From positions 26,935-90,934 of the forward strand of contig CACWLP010000002.1 in assembly GCA_902761755.1 (NCBI GenBank): a stretch of 64,000 bases of DNA, in the 5' to 3' direction. Below the pieces are notes generated by a model. That model ran no database searches and was not told the origin of the DNA. It was given only the letters and a program-made list of their open reading frames with translations. The stretch's first letter is position 1. Every line of letters begins with the position of its first letter. The translations under genes and the position numbers were made by a program. Below are positions 26,902-37,083 of the stretch, one piece after another. The stretch comes from an uncultured Eubacteriales bacterium. GTDB taxonomy: Bacteria > Bacillota > Clostridia > Christensenellales > Aristaeellaceae.

Positions 26902-28263
26902 ATGCTGCGGAAAAACGATGAGATCACGGTGAAGATCGAACGCTTCGGCGGGGAAATGGGCATCGCCCACCTGGAGGGAATGACCCTGTTCGTCCAGGGC
27001 GCGCTGCCGGGGGAAACCGTTCTGGCCCGGGCGCAGAAGGTGGAAAAGACCCACGCGTTCCTGAAAGCCCTCTCGGTGGCCGATCCTTCGCCCGACCGGC
27101 GGACGCCGCCCTGTCCGTACTATGAAAAGTGCGGCGGCTGCGTGTGCCAGCACATGGCCTACCAGCGGACGCTGGAAATGAAGCGGGAGCGCATCCGGGA
27201 CGCGCTCCTGCGCATCGGCGGTATCGGGATCGACGTGCCCCCGGTGCTGGGCATGGAGGACCCCTGGCATTACCGGAACAAGACCGCCCTGCCCGTGGGC
27301 GGGGAAAAAGGTGCGCCGCTCATGGGCTTTTACGCCCCCCGGAGCCACCGGATCGTGCCGGTGGACGGATGCCTGATCGCCCGGGAGGAAAGCAATCGGG
27401 TGTGCCGGGCGGTCAGGCTGTGGATGGAAAAATTCGGCGTGCCGCCCTATGACGAGCGCACCCGCACGGGGCTGATCCGCCATGTGATGAGCCGGGTATC
27501 CCGCTCGGGGCAGGTGATGGCCGTGATCGTGGCCGCGGGGCGGGAATTGCCCCACGAACGGGAGCTTGCCGCCCTGCTGCGCTCCGCGGTGCCGGAAACC
27601 GTATCCCTGTACCTGAATATCAACACCCGGGGGGACAACGTGATCCTGGGCCGGGAAAGCCGATTGCTGTTCGGGGAAGAACGGCTGCGGGACACCCTCT
27701 GCGGCACGGAATTCCTGCTCTCGCCCCAGTCCTTTTTCCAGGTGAACCCCGTGCAGACGGAAAAACTGTACGGCGCCGCGCTGGAATTTGCGGGCCTTCG
27801 GGGGGATGAAACGGTCTGCGATCTGTACTGCGGGGCGGGCACGATCTCCCTGCTGCTGGCCCGGCACGCCAAGCAGGTGACCGGCATCGAGGTGGTACCC
27901 CAGGCGGTGCGGGACGCGGAGGAGAACGCCCGGCGGAACGGCGTTTCCAACGTGCGCTTCCTGGCGGGCGAAACGGAAAGCCTCCTGCCCGGCCTGGTGA
28001 AAGAGGGCCTGCGCCCCGACGCCGTGGTGCTGGATCCGCCCCGGAAGGGCTGCGAAGAAAGCGTGCTGCGCGCCCTGATCGACGCCGGCCCGGAGCGCAT
28101 CGTATACGTCAGCTGCGATCCGGCTACCCTGGCCCGGGATGTAAAAATCCTCTGCGCCGCCGGTTATCAGGCGGAAAAGTGCCGGGGGGTGGACATGTTC
28201 TGCTGGACGGGGCATGTGGAGACGGTAGTATCGATGACAAGAACAGAAAGGAAAAAATCATGA
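26902..28263 (+). CDS. rlmD: 23S rRNA (uracil-5)-methyltransferase RlmD/RumA family
   Basis: TRAM-like N-terminus, Fe-S cysteines CPYYEKCGGCVCQH, SAM motif DLYCGAGTISL, DPPRKG, and catalytic YVSCDPATLARD. Confidence 0.85.
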   Translation: MLRKNDEITVKIERFGGEMGIAHLEGMTLFVQGALPGETVLARAQKVEKTHAFLKALSVADPSPDRRTPPCPYYEKCGGCVCQHMAYQRTLEMKRERIRDALLRIGGIGIDVPPVLGMEDPWHYRNKTALPVGGEKGAPLMGFYAPRSHRIVPVDGCLIAREESNRVCRAVRLWMEKFGVPPYDERTRTGLIRHVMSRVSRSGQVMAVIVAAGRELPHERELAALLRSAVPETVSLYLNINTRGDNVILGRESRLLFGEERLRDTLCGTEFLLSPQSFFQVNPVQTEKLYGAALEFAGLRGDETVCDLYCGAGTISLLLARHAKQVTGIEVVPQAVRDAEENARRNGVSNVRFLAGETESLLPGLVKEGLRPDAVVLDPPRKGCEESVLRALIDAGPERIVYVSCDPATLARDVKILCAAGYQAEKCRGVDMFCWTGHVETVVSMTRTERKKS

Positions 28264-28754
28264 ATAACATACACCTTGAAAAGCTTACTTGGGACACGGT
28301 TGACGACGTGTTGAAGCTTAAGGTCTCAAAAGAGCAAAAGGAATTCGTTGCCACGAACCGCGACAGTATGATCGACGCTTATTTTGCTTTGACGGAAGAG
28401 AAATTCCCCGTATATACGTTTGGTATCTATCTCGGGAAAAAGCCCGTCGGTTTTCTGATGATCGGCTACGACGTTCCGTGGGCAGAGCGGTATTACGATC
28501 TGCCGAGGGGCTATTATTACATCTGGCGTTTTATGATCGATAAAAGATATCAGGGCAACGGTTACGGGAGAGAAGCGTTAAAGCTTGCCGTAGACTTTAT
28601 AAAAACTTCTCCGAGCGGAAAATCCGAATACTGCTGGCTGTCTTATGAGCCGGAAAATGAGGTGGCGAGGAAGCTGTATCTGTCGTTTGGATTTGAAGAA
28701 AAGAAAGAGCTCTGGAAAGAGGATCAGGAAATTCCAGCCGTATACAAGCTGTGA
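28260..28754 (+). CDS. GNAT-family N-acetyltransferase (diamine/spermidine acetyltransferase-like), in a low-GC islet
   Basis: ATGA overlap with the rlmD stop. RFMIDKRYQGNGYGREALKLAVDFIK is the acetyl-CoA-binding (Q/R-x-x-G-x-G/A) motif. It is visibly AT-richer than its flanks. Confidence 0.75.
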   Translation: MNNIHLEKLTWDTVDDVLKLKVSKEQKEFVATNRDSMIDAYFALTEEKFPVYTFGIYLGKKPVGFLMIGYDVPWAERYYDLPRGYYYIWRFMIDKRYQGNGYGREALKLAVDFIKTSPSGKSEYCWLSYEPENEVARKLYLSFGFEEKKELWKEDQEIPAVYKL

Positions 28755-29095
28755 AATCCGATTCTCCGAGACAATACCATTCATCTGAAATCTCCGCTTA
28801 AACGGTCAACGGCATATTCCTGACGCCGAGGGTCGTGTGAGCAGCGTAGATAACGGCGTTTTTATTCACGCTATTGTCCCAAGGCACGTGGAGATGGTAT
28901 GCTTACTGTCCAAATCAAAGCTGTGAGAAAGCAGTATCAAATGGAAAAGGTTCATGCATCGGCGTTGATTCGGGCAGGACGGAACCGGAGGCGGCTTCGC
29001 GGAAAACAGGGCAGCCGGCGGGGAGATCAGGGCTTGCATTCCCAAGCATAGCGGCCGGAAGAAGAGCCGGAACTGACTGAATGAATCATGAAAAG

Positions 29096-29138
29096 CGCCC
29101 TGCATACCGGAAAAAACCGGTATACAGGGCGTTTTTTG
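29096..29138. terminator. Bidirectional terminator between the GNAT islet and ispE
   Basis: CGCCCTGCATACCGG aaaaaa CCGGTATACAGGGCG, followed by TTTTTTG on +. The minus strand reads through to TTTTCAT. Confidence 0.75.
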
Positions 29139-29174
29139 TGGAAAGCTTCAGCGGCTTTCTCCGCGGTATTCCGC

Positions 29175-30017
29175 TTACAGCGCCGATTCCGTTAACAGGC
29201 AGACAGGCCATTGCCTCTGCAGGATGCGATAAGCCCGGGCTGCGGTTTCTGTGTTTTCAAAGGCGCCGAACACCGCCGAGCCGCTGCCCGTCATCTGGCT
29301 GAAGGCCGCGCCGAAGCGGTACAGATCCGCCTTCGCCTGGGCGATCTGTGGCCGGAGGGGGATGGAGGCGCCCTCCAGCACGTTCCCGGCACAATCCCGC
29401 AGGGCGTACAGATCCCCTTCCGCCAGGGCCCGCGCCGCTTTCTCCGTGTCCGGCGGCGCGATATCCGATGCGGCGTGATACGCGGCGAACACTTCCTTGG
29501 TGGACAGCGCCGCGCAGGGCTGGAGGAGCACCAGGGGATAAGCGCGGCTTTCGATGGGGGTCAGCCGTTCCCCGATGCCCTGGGCCCGCCGGGGCGCGTC
29601 GTGGAGGCAGAAGGGCACGTCCGCCCCCAAGTTCTCCCCGATGCGGCACAGCGCGGCCAGATCCGCCCCCAGGCCCCACAGCGCGTTCAGGCCCTTCAGG
29701 GCCGCCGCCGCGTCTGCGCTGCCGCCGCCCAGGCCCGCGCCCATGGGGATGCGCTTGGTGAGCGCGATGCGGGCGCCCGACAGGACACCGTATTCCTTCT
29801 GCAGCGCCCGGGCCGCCCGGAGGATCAGGTTGTCCTCCCCGGGGGACAGATCCGGCGCGCCGTCGATGGCCAGGGCCAGATCATCGGCGGGCAGGATCGA
29901 AAGCGTATCGTGCAGCGCGATGGGCTGCATCAGCATATCCAGCAGATGATACCCGTCCGCCCGGCGGCCCGTTACGTCCAGCGTCCAGTTGATTTTTCCC
30001 CGCGCCTGTATCTTCAT
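29175..30017 (-). CDS. ispE: 4-diphosphocytidyl-2-C-methyl-D-erythritol kinase
   Basis: KINWTLDVTGRRADGYH and the GHMP kinase motif IPMGAGLGGGSADAAAAL. Confidence 0.9.
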   Translation of the reverse strand: MKIQARGKINWTLDVTGRRADGYHLLDMLMQPIALHDTLSILPADDLALAIDGAPDLSPGEDNLILRAARALQKEYGVLSGARIALTKRIPMGAGLGGGSADAAAALKGLNALWGLGADLAALCRIGENLGADVPFCLHDAPRRAQGIGERLTPIESRAYPLVLLQPCAALSTKEVFAAYHAASDIAPPDTEKAARALAEGDLYALRDCAGNVLEGASIPLRPQIAQAKADLYRFGAAFSQMTGSGSAVFGAFENTETAARAYRILQRQWPVCLLTESAL

Positions 30018-31552
30018 CCGTTCGCCTTTCCGCCGTCCGCCGGCTCGGGCCCGGCGTGCCGGGCGCGCCGCCCATCGCCTGCGCGCTTTTCTTCGCCGGC
30101 TTTTTCCAGGGTGATTTCAAATTCCGCGCCGCCTTTGGAACCGACCAGGCGGATGCTCTGGCCGTGGCGCTCCATGATGCGGTAGCAGATGGCCAGGCCC
30201 AATCCGGTGCCGTTGCCCACGGTGTGGGCCTTGTCCGCCTTGTAAAAGCGGTCGAAAATGTGGGGAGCGTCCTCGTCGCTGATGCCGATGCCGGTGTCCT
30301 TCACCCGGAAGGCCACGCAGCCGCCCCGGTCCTCGGCGGACAGGGTGACCGTGCCGCCCTCCGGGGTGAATTTCACGGCGTTATCCAGCAAATTGATGAG
30401 CACCTGCTGGATCTGGTCCGCATCCGCCCGGACGGTCAGGGGCTCCTCCGGCAGCTTCGCCTCGATCTGCAGCTGCTTTTCGTCGATCTGGGCCATCCGG
30501 GAGATCAGCACCCGGCGGGCCAGCTCGCAGATATCGAAATCGGTGTAGGCCAGGCTGATTTCCTCGTTTTCCATGCGGGAAAGGTTCAGCAGGCTGTTGA
30601 TGAGCTTGGCCAGGCGGTGGGTCTCCTCCGACACCACCCGCAGGTAGGTTTCGTGCTCCTCGGGGGGGATTGTGCCGTCCAGCATGCCCTGGGCGAAGCC
30701 CTGGATGGAGGTGATGGGGGAGCGCAGCTCGTGGGATACGTTGGCCACGAAATCCCGCCGGGACTGCTCCAGGGTGGACAGCTGCTTTCCCATGCGGTTA
30801 AAGGACAGGGACAGATCCCGGATCTCCCGGCTGCCGCCCTCCGGGGCCTGGGCGGAAAAATCCCCCCGGGCCATGCGCCCCGCCGCCTGGGCCATGGCGG
30901 TGAGGGGCCGGGTCATCTGCCGGGCAGTCACAAACACGATGGCGGCGGCCAGCAGGAAGATCACCAGCGCCGCCAGCACGATCTGCCACAGCAGCCCCTG
31001 ATAGGCGGCGTGCACCGTCTGGGCGGCGGTCTGGATGAGGACGAAGCCCCGCACCGTCATCTGCCCGGCGGCGTTGGTATCTCCCCAGGGCACCAGCACC
31101 GTGAACAGAGGGCCGGAGGCGCTCACGCGCTGCTTGACCACCTCTTCCCCCCGCAGGGCCTGATCCATATATACGCTGATTTCTTCCTTGGAGGGGACGG
31201 AGCCGATGCTCTTATCGTTCAGGGTGGTTTCGCTGTAGTACAGGTAGGTTTTCCCGTAGCGGTCCACCAGCATGATATAGGCGTTGTATTCCTCGTAGAT
31301 CTTCTGGCTTTTCCAGCGCATGTAGCTTTCCGTCACGGTGTTGCGCTCCAGGGTCTGGACGATGGGGCCGTATTCCCGGCGGCTGGCCAGGTACGCCATC
31401 TCCCGGGCCTGGGTCTTGAGGGCGTCCATGCGGTTTTCTATGGTGTTGTTGCGCAGGTTCACAAAGGAGATCACGGAAACGACGATCACGCAGATCAGGA
31501 TGACCCCCAGGAACACGATCAGCAGCCGGGAAAAAAGACTGAGACGGCGCAT
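30014..31552 (-). CDS. Sensor histidine kinase (two TM segments, HAMP, HisKA, HATPase)
   Basis: H-box FVANVSHELRSPITSI, N-box LINLLDNAVKF, G-boxes DTGIGI and GTGLGLAI. The stop overlaps the ispE start (ATGA). Confidence 0.9.
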   Translation of the reverse strand: MRRLSLFSRLLIVFLGVILICVIVVSVISFVNLRNNTIENRMDALKTQAREMAYLASRREYGPIVQTLERNTVTESYMRWKSQKIYEEYNAYIMLVDRYGKTYLYYSETTLNDKSIGSVPSKEEISVYMDQALRGEEVVKQRVSASGPLFTVLVPWGDTNAAGQMTVRGFVLIQTAAQTVHAAYQGLLWQIVLAALVIFLLAAAIVFVTARQMTRPLTAMAQAAGRMARGDFSAQAPEGGSREIRDLSLSFNRMGKQLSTLEQSRRDFVANVSHELRSPITSIQGFAQGMLDGTIPPEEHETYLRVVSEETHRLAKLINSLLNLSRMENEEISLAYTDFDICELARRVLISRMAQIDEKQLQIEAKLPEEPLTVRADADQIQQVLINLLDNAVKFTPEGGTVTLSAEDRGGCVAFRVKDTGIGISDEDAPHIFDRFYKADKAHTVGNGTGLGLAICYRIMERHGQSIRLVGSKGGAEFEITLEKAGEEKRAGDGRRARHAGPEPADGGKANG

Positions 31553-31555
31553 GCC

Positions 31556-32245
31556 CTATTTCACCTCGAATTTATAGCCCACGCCCCATACCGTGCGGAT
31601 CTGCCAGCCCAGGCTTTCGCTGCCCTGCAGCTTCTCCCGCAGGCGTTTGATGTGCACGTCCACGGTGCGGCTGTCGCCGTAAAAATCAAAGCCCCACACC
31701 TGCTCCAGCAGCTGTTCCCGGGTGAATACCCGGTTTTGATGGGACGCCAGAAAATAGAGCACCTCCAGCTCCTTGGGCGGCATTTCCAGCACCTTGCCTT
31801 GGAAGCGCACCTCGTACTTTTCCAGGCTGACGGTGAGCCCGGGGAAGGACAGGGCGGCCTTTTCCGGCTCGGAAGGCGCGCTGCGGCGCAGCACGGCTTT
31901 CACCCGGGCCGTCAGCTCCTTGCCCTCGAAGGGCTTGGTGATATAATCGTCCGCCCCCATTTCCAGGCCCAGCACTTTATCGAAGGTTTCATCCTTGGCC
32001 GAAAGCATGATGATGGGGATGGCGCTCATCTGCCGCACGGCGCGGCATACCTGCAGCCCATCCATGCCGGGCAGCATGATATCCAGCAGCATGAGGCTCG
32101 GCGGATTTTTCTGGAACGCCTCCAGGGCCGTATCGCCCCGGGTTTCCACCGTGACGGCGTAGCCCTCCTTTTCCAGATACAGCTTCGCCAGCTGGGCGAT
32201 GTTGGGATCGTCGTCCACGATCATGATGGTCTGCCTGTCGTTCAT
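31556..32245 (-). CDS. OmpR/PhoB-family response regulator
   Basis: MNDRQTIMIVDDDPNIA...LLDIMLPGMDG and a winged-helix C-terminus, RTVDVHIKRLREKL...IRTVWGVGYKF. The ATG at 32245 is 6 nt after GAGGTG. Confidence 0.9.
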   Translation of the reverse strand: MNDRQTIMIVDDDPNIAQLAKLYLEKEGYAVTVETRGDTALEAFQKNPPSLMLLDIMLPGMDGLQVCRAVRQMSAIPIIMLSAKDETFDKVLGLEMGADDYITKPFEGKELTARVKAVLRRSAPSEPEKAALSFPGLTVSLEKYEVRFQGKVLEMPPKELEVLYFLASHQNRVFTREQLLEQVWGFDFYGDSRTVDVHIKRLREKLQGSESLGWQIRTVWGVGYKFEVK

Positions 32246-32280
32246 AAAAACACCTCGCAATGCTCCGCGGGATAGGGCCG

Positions 32281-34638
32281 TTATTTCAGTTCCACCACGG
32301 TGACGCCTTCCTCGCCCTCGCCGTACTTGCCCCGGCGGAAGGACTTGACCTGGGGATAGGCCTTCAGATGCTTCTGGATGCCCTCCCGCAGGATGCCCGT
32401 GCCCTTGCCGTGGACGATGGTGACCTCGTGATAGCCGGCCATCATCGCTTCGTCCAGGTATTGGTCCACCGCGTCCAGGGCTTCGTCCAGGGCCATGCCC
32501 CGCACGTCGCAGCGCAGGGACACGGTCCTGTCCATGCCGCCGGCCTGCACGGTGACGGAGGAGACTTTCTTCTGCGGCTTGGGCTGCTCCGTCAGCCTGA
32601 GCTGGCTTAAGTGCGCCTTCATTTTCATGATCCCCGCCTGCAGGAGCACTTCGCCCTTGGCGTCGGGCAGGGACAGGACGGTGCCCTTGGTGTTCAGGTG
32701 GGTGATTTCCACCGTGTCGCCGATCTTTACGGTCTTGGGCGGTTCGGCCAGGGTGGCGGCGGGGGCCTTCAGGCCTTCGGCCAGGCTGTCGATGCCCTCC
32801 TCCAGGCGCTTTTTCAGGGCGTTGACCTCGTGATCCGGCGCGCCGCCGGTTTTTTTCATTTTCTTCAGGTCGTACAGGATCTGCTCCGAATCCCGCCGGG
32901 CCTTTTCCAGGATGCGGCGGGCTTCCTCCTTGGCCTTGCGGACGGATTGATCCTTCTTTTCCTCCATGTCCCGGTACAGCTTTTCTGCCTCGTTGCGCAG
33001 CCGCACCGTTTCCGCCCGGGCTTCCTCGGCCAGCTCCCGTTCCTTTTCCGCCACCTGGCGGTGGTATTCGGCGTTGGCGATCACGTCCTCGAAGCGGATG
33101 GCGTCGTGGGAGAGCAGATCCTTGGCCTGCCCGATCAGGTATTCTGGAAGCCCCAGGCGGCGGCTGATCTCAAAGGCGTTGGATTTGCCCGGCACGCCGA
33201 TGGAGAGACGGTAGGTGGGCCGCAGGGTGCTCACGTCGAATTCCACGCTGGCGTTTTCCACGCCCTTGGTGGACAGGGCGTAGGCCTTGAGCTCGCTGTA
33301 ATGGGTGGTGGCGGCGGTGCGGGCGCCGATTTTGAGCAGGGCGTTCAGGATTACCTGGGCCAGGGCCGCGCCCTCGGTGGGGTCCGTGCCCGCGCCCAAT
33401 TCGTCGAAGAGCACCAGATCCCGGGGGGTGACGCTGTTCATGATGGAAACGATGTTGGTCATGTGGGAGGAGAAGGTGGAGAGGGACTGCTCGATACTCT
33501 GCTCGTCGCCGATATCGGCGTACACCTCCTCAAAGGTGCTGATCTCCGTGCCGGTGACGCCGGGGATGTGCAGCCCGCTCTGGGCCATCAGCGTCATGAG
33601 CCCCAGGGTCTTGAGGGTGACGGTCTTGCCGCCGGTGTTGGGGCCGGTGATGATGAGGGAGGTGAAATCCCGCCCCAGCCACAGCGAACAGGGCACCACC
33701 TGGTCCCGGGGGATCAGGGGATGGCGCACCCGGACCAGGTTGATGACGCCGTCCTGGTTCATTTTGGGGCGCACGCACTCCATCTCCCGGCTCATTTTGC
33801 CCTTGGCGAACACGAAATCCAGGTGGGCGAGGAGGGCGGTGTTCTGGGAGATCAAACCGGCGGAATCCCCCACCTGGGAGGACAGGGCGGCCAGGATGCG
33901 GTCGATCTCGTCCCGCTCCTTCATGCTCCATTCCTTGAGCTCGTTGCCCATTTCCACCACGGCCAGGGGCTCGATGAACAGAGTGGCCCCGGTGGAGGAC
34001 TGATCGTGCACCAATCCGGGCACGTTGGAGCGGTATTCCTGCTTCACGGGCAGCACGTAGCGCCCGCCCCGCACCGTGACGATGGGCTCCATCAGGTATT
34101 TGGCGTAGGCCGCGCCGTGGGCCATGGCGTTCAGCTTTTCCCGGATGCGGTCGTTCACCTGGCGGATGTGGCGGCGGATATCCGCCAGGGCGGGGGAAGC
34201 CTGATCGGCGATCTCCTCCTCGCTGAGGATGGCGGTGCTGATATCCTCCTCCAGGGTGCGCAGGGGCTGCAGCCGGGAGGCCGCGGCGGTGATCAGCGGG
34301 GTGTTTTCCCGGTCCGTCACCAGGGCGGAGCGGGCGGCCCGGGCGGCGCGCAGCCCTTCCGCCACGGTGAGGAGCGCCTTGGGGGAAAGGGTGCTGCCCT
34401 TTTCCGCCAGGGACAGGTATTCCCCCACGTCCGAAAAGCCGATCAGGGGACAGCCGCCCAGGTACGTCAGCGTGACGACGGCCTCCTCGGTTTCATCCAG
34501 GGCGCGGTCCACTTCCGCAAGGGACGCAAGGGGCGTCAGGGTCCTGCACAGTTCCTTTCCGGGATCGGACAGGGCGTAGGACGCCAGCATTTCCCGGATC
34601 TTCACAAATTCCAGCACCCGCAGCGCGCGTTCGTTCAT
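32281..34638 (-). CDS. mutS2: Endonuclease MutS2 (MutS domain plus C-terminal Smr)
   Basis: Walker A ITGPNTGGKTV, DELGAGTDPTEGAAL, a coiled-coil region, and the Smr domain LDVRGMALDEALDAVDQYLDEA...IVHGKGTGILR. Confidence 0.9.
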   Translation of the reverse strand: MNERALRVLEFVKIREMLASYALSDPGKELCRTLTPLASLAEVDRALDETEEAVVTLTYLGGCPLIGFSDVGEYLSLAEKGSTLSPKALLTVAEGLRAARAARSALVTDRENTPLITAAASRLQPLRTLEEDISTAILSEEEIADQASPALADIRRHIRQVNDRIREKLNAMAHGAAYAKYLMEPIVTVRGGRYVLPVKQEYRSNVPGLVHDQSSTGATLFIEPLAVVEMGNELKEWSMKERDEIDRILAALSSQVGDSAGLISQNTALLAHLDFVFAKGKMSREMECVRPKMNQDGVINLVRVRHPLIPRDQVVPCSLWLGRDFTSLIITGPNTGGKTVTLKTLGLMTLMAQSGLHIPGVTGTEISTFEEVYADIGDEQSIEQSLSTFSSHMTNIVSIMNSVTPRDLVLFDELGAGTDPTEGAALAQVILNALLKIGARTAATTHYSELKAYALSTKGVENASVEFDVSTLRPTYRLSIGVPGKSNAFEISRRLGLPEYLIGQAKDLLSHDAIRFEDVIANAEYHRQVAEKERELAEEARAETVRLRNEAEKLYRDMEEKKDQSVRKAKEEARRILEKARRDSEQILYDLKKMKKTGGAPDHEVNALKKRLEEGIDSLAEGLKAPAATLAEPPKTVKIGDTVEITHLNTKGTVLSLPDAKGEVLLQAGIMKMKAHLSQLRLTEQPKPQKKVSSVTVQAGGMDRTVSLRCDVRGMALDEALDAVDQYLDEAMMAGYHEVTIVHGKGTGILREGIQKHLKAYPQVKSFRRGKYGEGEEGVTVVELK

Positions 34639-34660
34639 GGTCATTCCTCCAGGCATCAGT

Positions 34661-34700
34661 ATAAAAGAAACCGGTATGCGGCGGCAACCGTTCCGCCGCA
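34661..34700 (-). terminator. Terminator after the U32 peptidase gene
   Basis: Minus strand: TGCGGCGG aacggtt(g) CCGCCGCA, followed by TACCGGTTTCTTTTAT. Confidence 0.55.
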
Positions 34701-34740
34701 GGATTCACGGAATGTTTACAGGCGTTTCACAAATTGCCGC

Positions 34741-37083
34741 TTACAGCACCCCGTCCCGGAAGCGGCCCGGGGTGAAGCGTCCCGGAAGCGGCCCGGGACG
34801 TTCCCCCCGCAGCAGAGCGGAAAAATGGGCGGTGACGGCGGCACGCTCCTTTTCCGTTTCGTCGGAAAACGTGATCAAAAAGGAAAGCGGGGGCAGCCCG
34901 TCCAGCAGGCTGGAAAGATTCAGGGGCCTGTCCGCCAGGAGTTCGATGACGCAGCCGGACGGCAGATGCAAGGGGGAAAGGGGGTATTCCGCGCCCATCC
35001 GGTCGGTGAGGCAGGTGCCGCGGGCGCCCCGGCCGCGGGCGCACAGATCGCATTTCTCCCGGCCCCGGGTCAGGCCCAGCGCCGTGCGCATGGGGCAGTG
35101 GTTCAGCAGCATCAGCCGGGTCCTGCCGTAGACGGGGAGGATCATTTCGCCCGCGTCCCGGGGCAGGGAAAAGATCTCGCTTTTCGCCAGCTCCCGGCTG
35201 AGGGTGACGCTTTCGCACCCCAGATGCCGCAGCATCCGGATCGTTTCGCCGTTCATCACGGGGATGCCCTCCCCGGCCATGCCCCGGAACAGGCCCAGCT
35301 GGCCGGGGCTGGAAAGGCACGCGGGGATGCCGAAGCAGTCCGCGATTTCTTTCAGTTTTTCCAGGACTGCCTGGCCGCACTGGGGCGGCAGGCACAGCCG
35401 CGCCTTAGGCGGCAGGGGCCGGGGGTTTTCCAGGAATTCCGCGTAATCCCGGGGCTGCCACAGGATCTCATCGGCACCTGCGGCGATCAGCCGGGGCGCG
35501 GCGGCAAGATCGTCCGTTTTCACGATCAGCCGGGGCGCGGGAGGGGGCAGCGGCTCCGCGGGATACCGCCCCGCCGCCGGGATCGGCCGGGGATGGGCGG
35601 CGATGCGCTTTTCCCGCAGCTGTTCCAGGGCGTCCCGCCGCAGCGCGTTCAGGGCCGCGGCGGGCAGGAAAGCCCCGGCGGGTTTCACGGTCAGGCGGGC
35701 CAGCGTAAAGGGCGTGCCGCCGGTCTTTTCCAGGCTGCGGCGGGCGGACGCCTCGTCCAGCGGCCTGCTCTGCGCTTCCCGGCAGATTTCGCCCTCTGCT
35801 TCCGCTTCGCTCTCCCCGTCGCTGACGGCGAGGATTGCGGGCTTTCCGGGGAAGGCGGTCAATACGGCGGAAAAGGGGATGGGCAGCGCGGCGTCCAGTT
35901 TTCCGCCTTCCCAGGCGGCCCGGGCGGAGGCCAGCTGGCGCTCGTCCTCGGTGCGGCGCAGTTTTTCCCCGGGGCGCACCGCCTCCCGCAGCCGCAGCAC
36001 GGCGGTCTGCCCGGCGGGCACTTCCTTCCCGGAATAGCGCAGCGCCTGATCCCCGATCTCCAGGCCGTCGCCGTCGTGCAGCGTACGGGTCAGCTGCGCG
36101 TCGCACAGCAGCGCGCCGCCCCGGCGGTAAGCCTTGCCCGCCGTGCCGATCACGACGCCCTCCGGCGCGGCCCGGCCCGGAAAAATGATGCCGGCGTCCT
36201 GGGCGTTCCCCGGATACCCCCGGGTGAAGCCGCCCCGGGAAAAAATCTGGATGAGGGCTTCCTTTTCCTCTGCGTCCGCCGGGAAAAAGCGGCCTTCCGC
36301 CAGCGCGTCCAGCGCCCGGCGGTACGCCCTCGTTACGGTGTACACGTATTCGGGCCGCTTCAATCGGCCCTCGATCTTGAAGGAATTTACCCCCGCCGCC
36401 GCCATTTTATCCAGTTCGTCCCGGACGCACAGATCCCGGGGAGAGAGCCACGCGCCGAGCTTGCCCTGATAGAGATAGGGCAGGCGGCAGGGCTGGGCGC
36501 AGCGCCCGCGGTTCCCGCTGCGGCCCCCGATCATGGAGGAAAACAGGCATTGCCCGGAGCAGCTGACGCACAGGGCGCCGTGGCAGAAGGCCTCGATCTC
36601 GATGCCCGTTTCCGCCGCCAGGCGTATTTCTTCCAGGCTGCACTCCCGGGCCATCACCGCCCGGGCCGCCCCCAGGGACTGCAAGAGACGCGCCCCCGCG
36701 GCGTTGTGCAGTGCCATTTGGGTGCTGGCGTGGACGGGCAGCTCCGGGTATTCCTCCCGGCAGATTTTCAGGATCCCCAGATCCTGCACCAGCACGGCGT
36801 CGGCCCGCAGTTCCCGCAGCAGCGACAGGGTATCCCGGACGGCGCCCAGCTCCCCTTCCTTGGCCAGGATATTCACCGTCACATAAATACGCCGCCTGTG
36901 CAGATGCGCCAGGCGGACGGCTTCCCGGAGGGTGTCCGGGTCGAAACCGGCGGTTTGCCGCGCGCCAAAGGCGGCCGCGCCCAGATATACGGCGTCCGCC
37001 CCGCCGCACAGCGCGGCCCGCAGCGATTCCATGCTGCCGGCGGGAGCCAGCAGCTCCCGCGGCGTTTCTTTATTTTCCGGCAT
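34741..37083 (-). CDS. U32-family peptidase, long form with C-terminal extension
   Basis: ELLAPAGSMESLRAALCGGADAVYLG and EAFCHGALCVSCSGQCLFSSMIGGRSGNRGRCAQPCR are U32 signature blocks. 780 aa. Confidence 0.8.
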   Translation of the reverse strand: MPENKETPRELLAPAGSMESLRAALCGGADAVYLGAAAFGARQTAGFDPDTLREAVRLAHLHRRRIYVTVNILAKEGELGAVRDTLSLLRELRADAVLVQDLGILKICREEYPELPVHASTQMALHNAAGARLLQSLGAARAVMARECSLEEIRLAAETGIEIEAFCHGALCVSCSGQCLFSSMIGGRSGNRGRCAQPCRLPYLYQGKLGAWLSPRDLCVRDELDKMAAAGVNSFKIEGRLKRPEYVYTVTRAYRRALDALAEGRFFPADAEEKEALIQIFSRGGFTRGYPGNAQDAGIIFPGRAAPEGVVIGTAGKAYRRGGALLCDAQLTRTLHDGDGLEIGDQALRYSGKEVPAGQTAVLRLREAVRPGEKLRRTEDERQLASARAAWEGGKLDAALPIPFSAVLTAFPGKPAILAVSDGESEAEAEGEICREAQSRPLDEASARRSLEKTGGTPFTLARLTVKPAGAFLPAAALNALRRDALEQLREKRIAAHPRPIPAAGRYPAEPLPPPAPRLIVKTDDLAAAPRLIAAGADEILWQPRDYAEFLENPRPLPPKARLCLPPQCGQAVLEKLKEIADCFGIPACLSSPGQLGLFRGMAGEGIPVMNGETIRMLRHLGCESVTLSRELAKSEIFSLPRDAGEMILPVYGRTRLMLLNHCPMRTALGLTRGREKCDLCARGRGARGTCLTDRMGAEYPLSPLHLPSGCVIELLADRPLNLSSLLDGLPPLSFLITFSDETEKERAAVTAHFSALLRGERPGPLPGRFTPGRFRDGVL

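Noticed and set aside
28866-29105. Small ORFs (79 aa on the minus strand, 68 aa on the plus strand) lie in the low-GC spacer after the GNAT gene.
   Set aside because: They have no Shine-Dalgarno, no recognisable motif, they overlap each other on opposite strands, and one runs through the terminator hairpin. They are more likely non-coding remnant DNA of the acquired islet.
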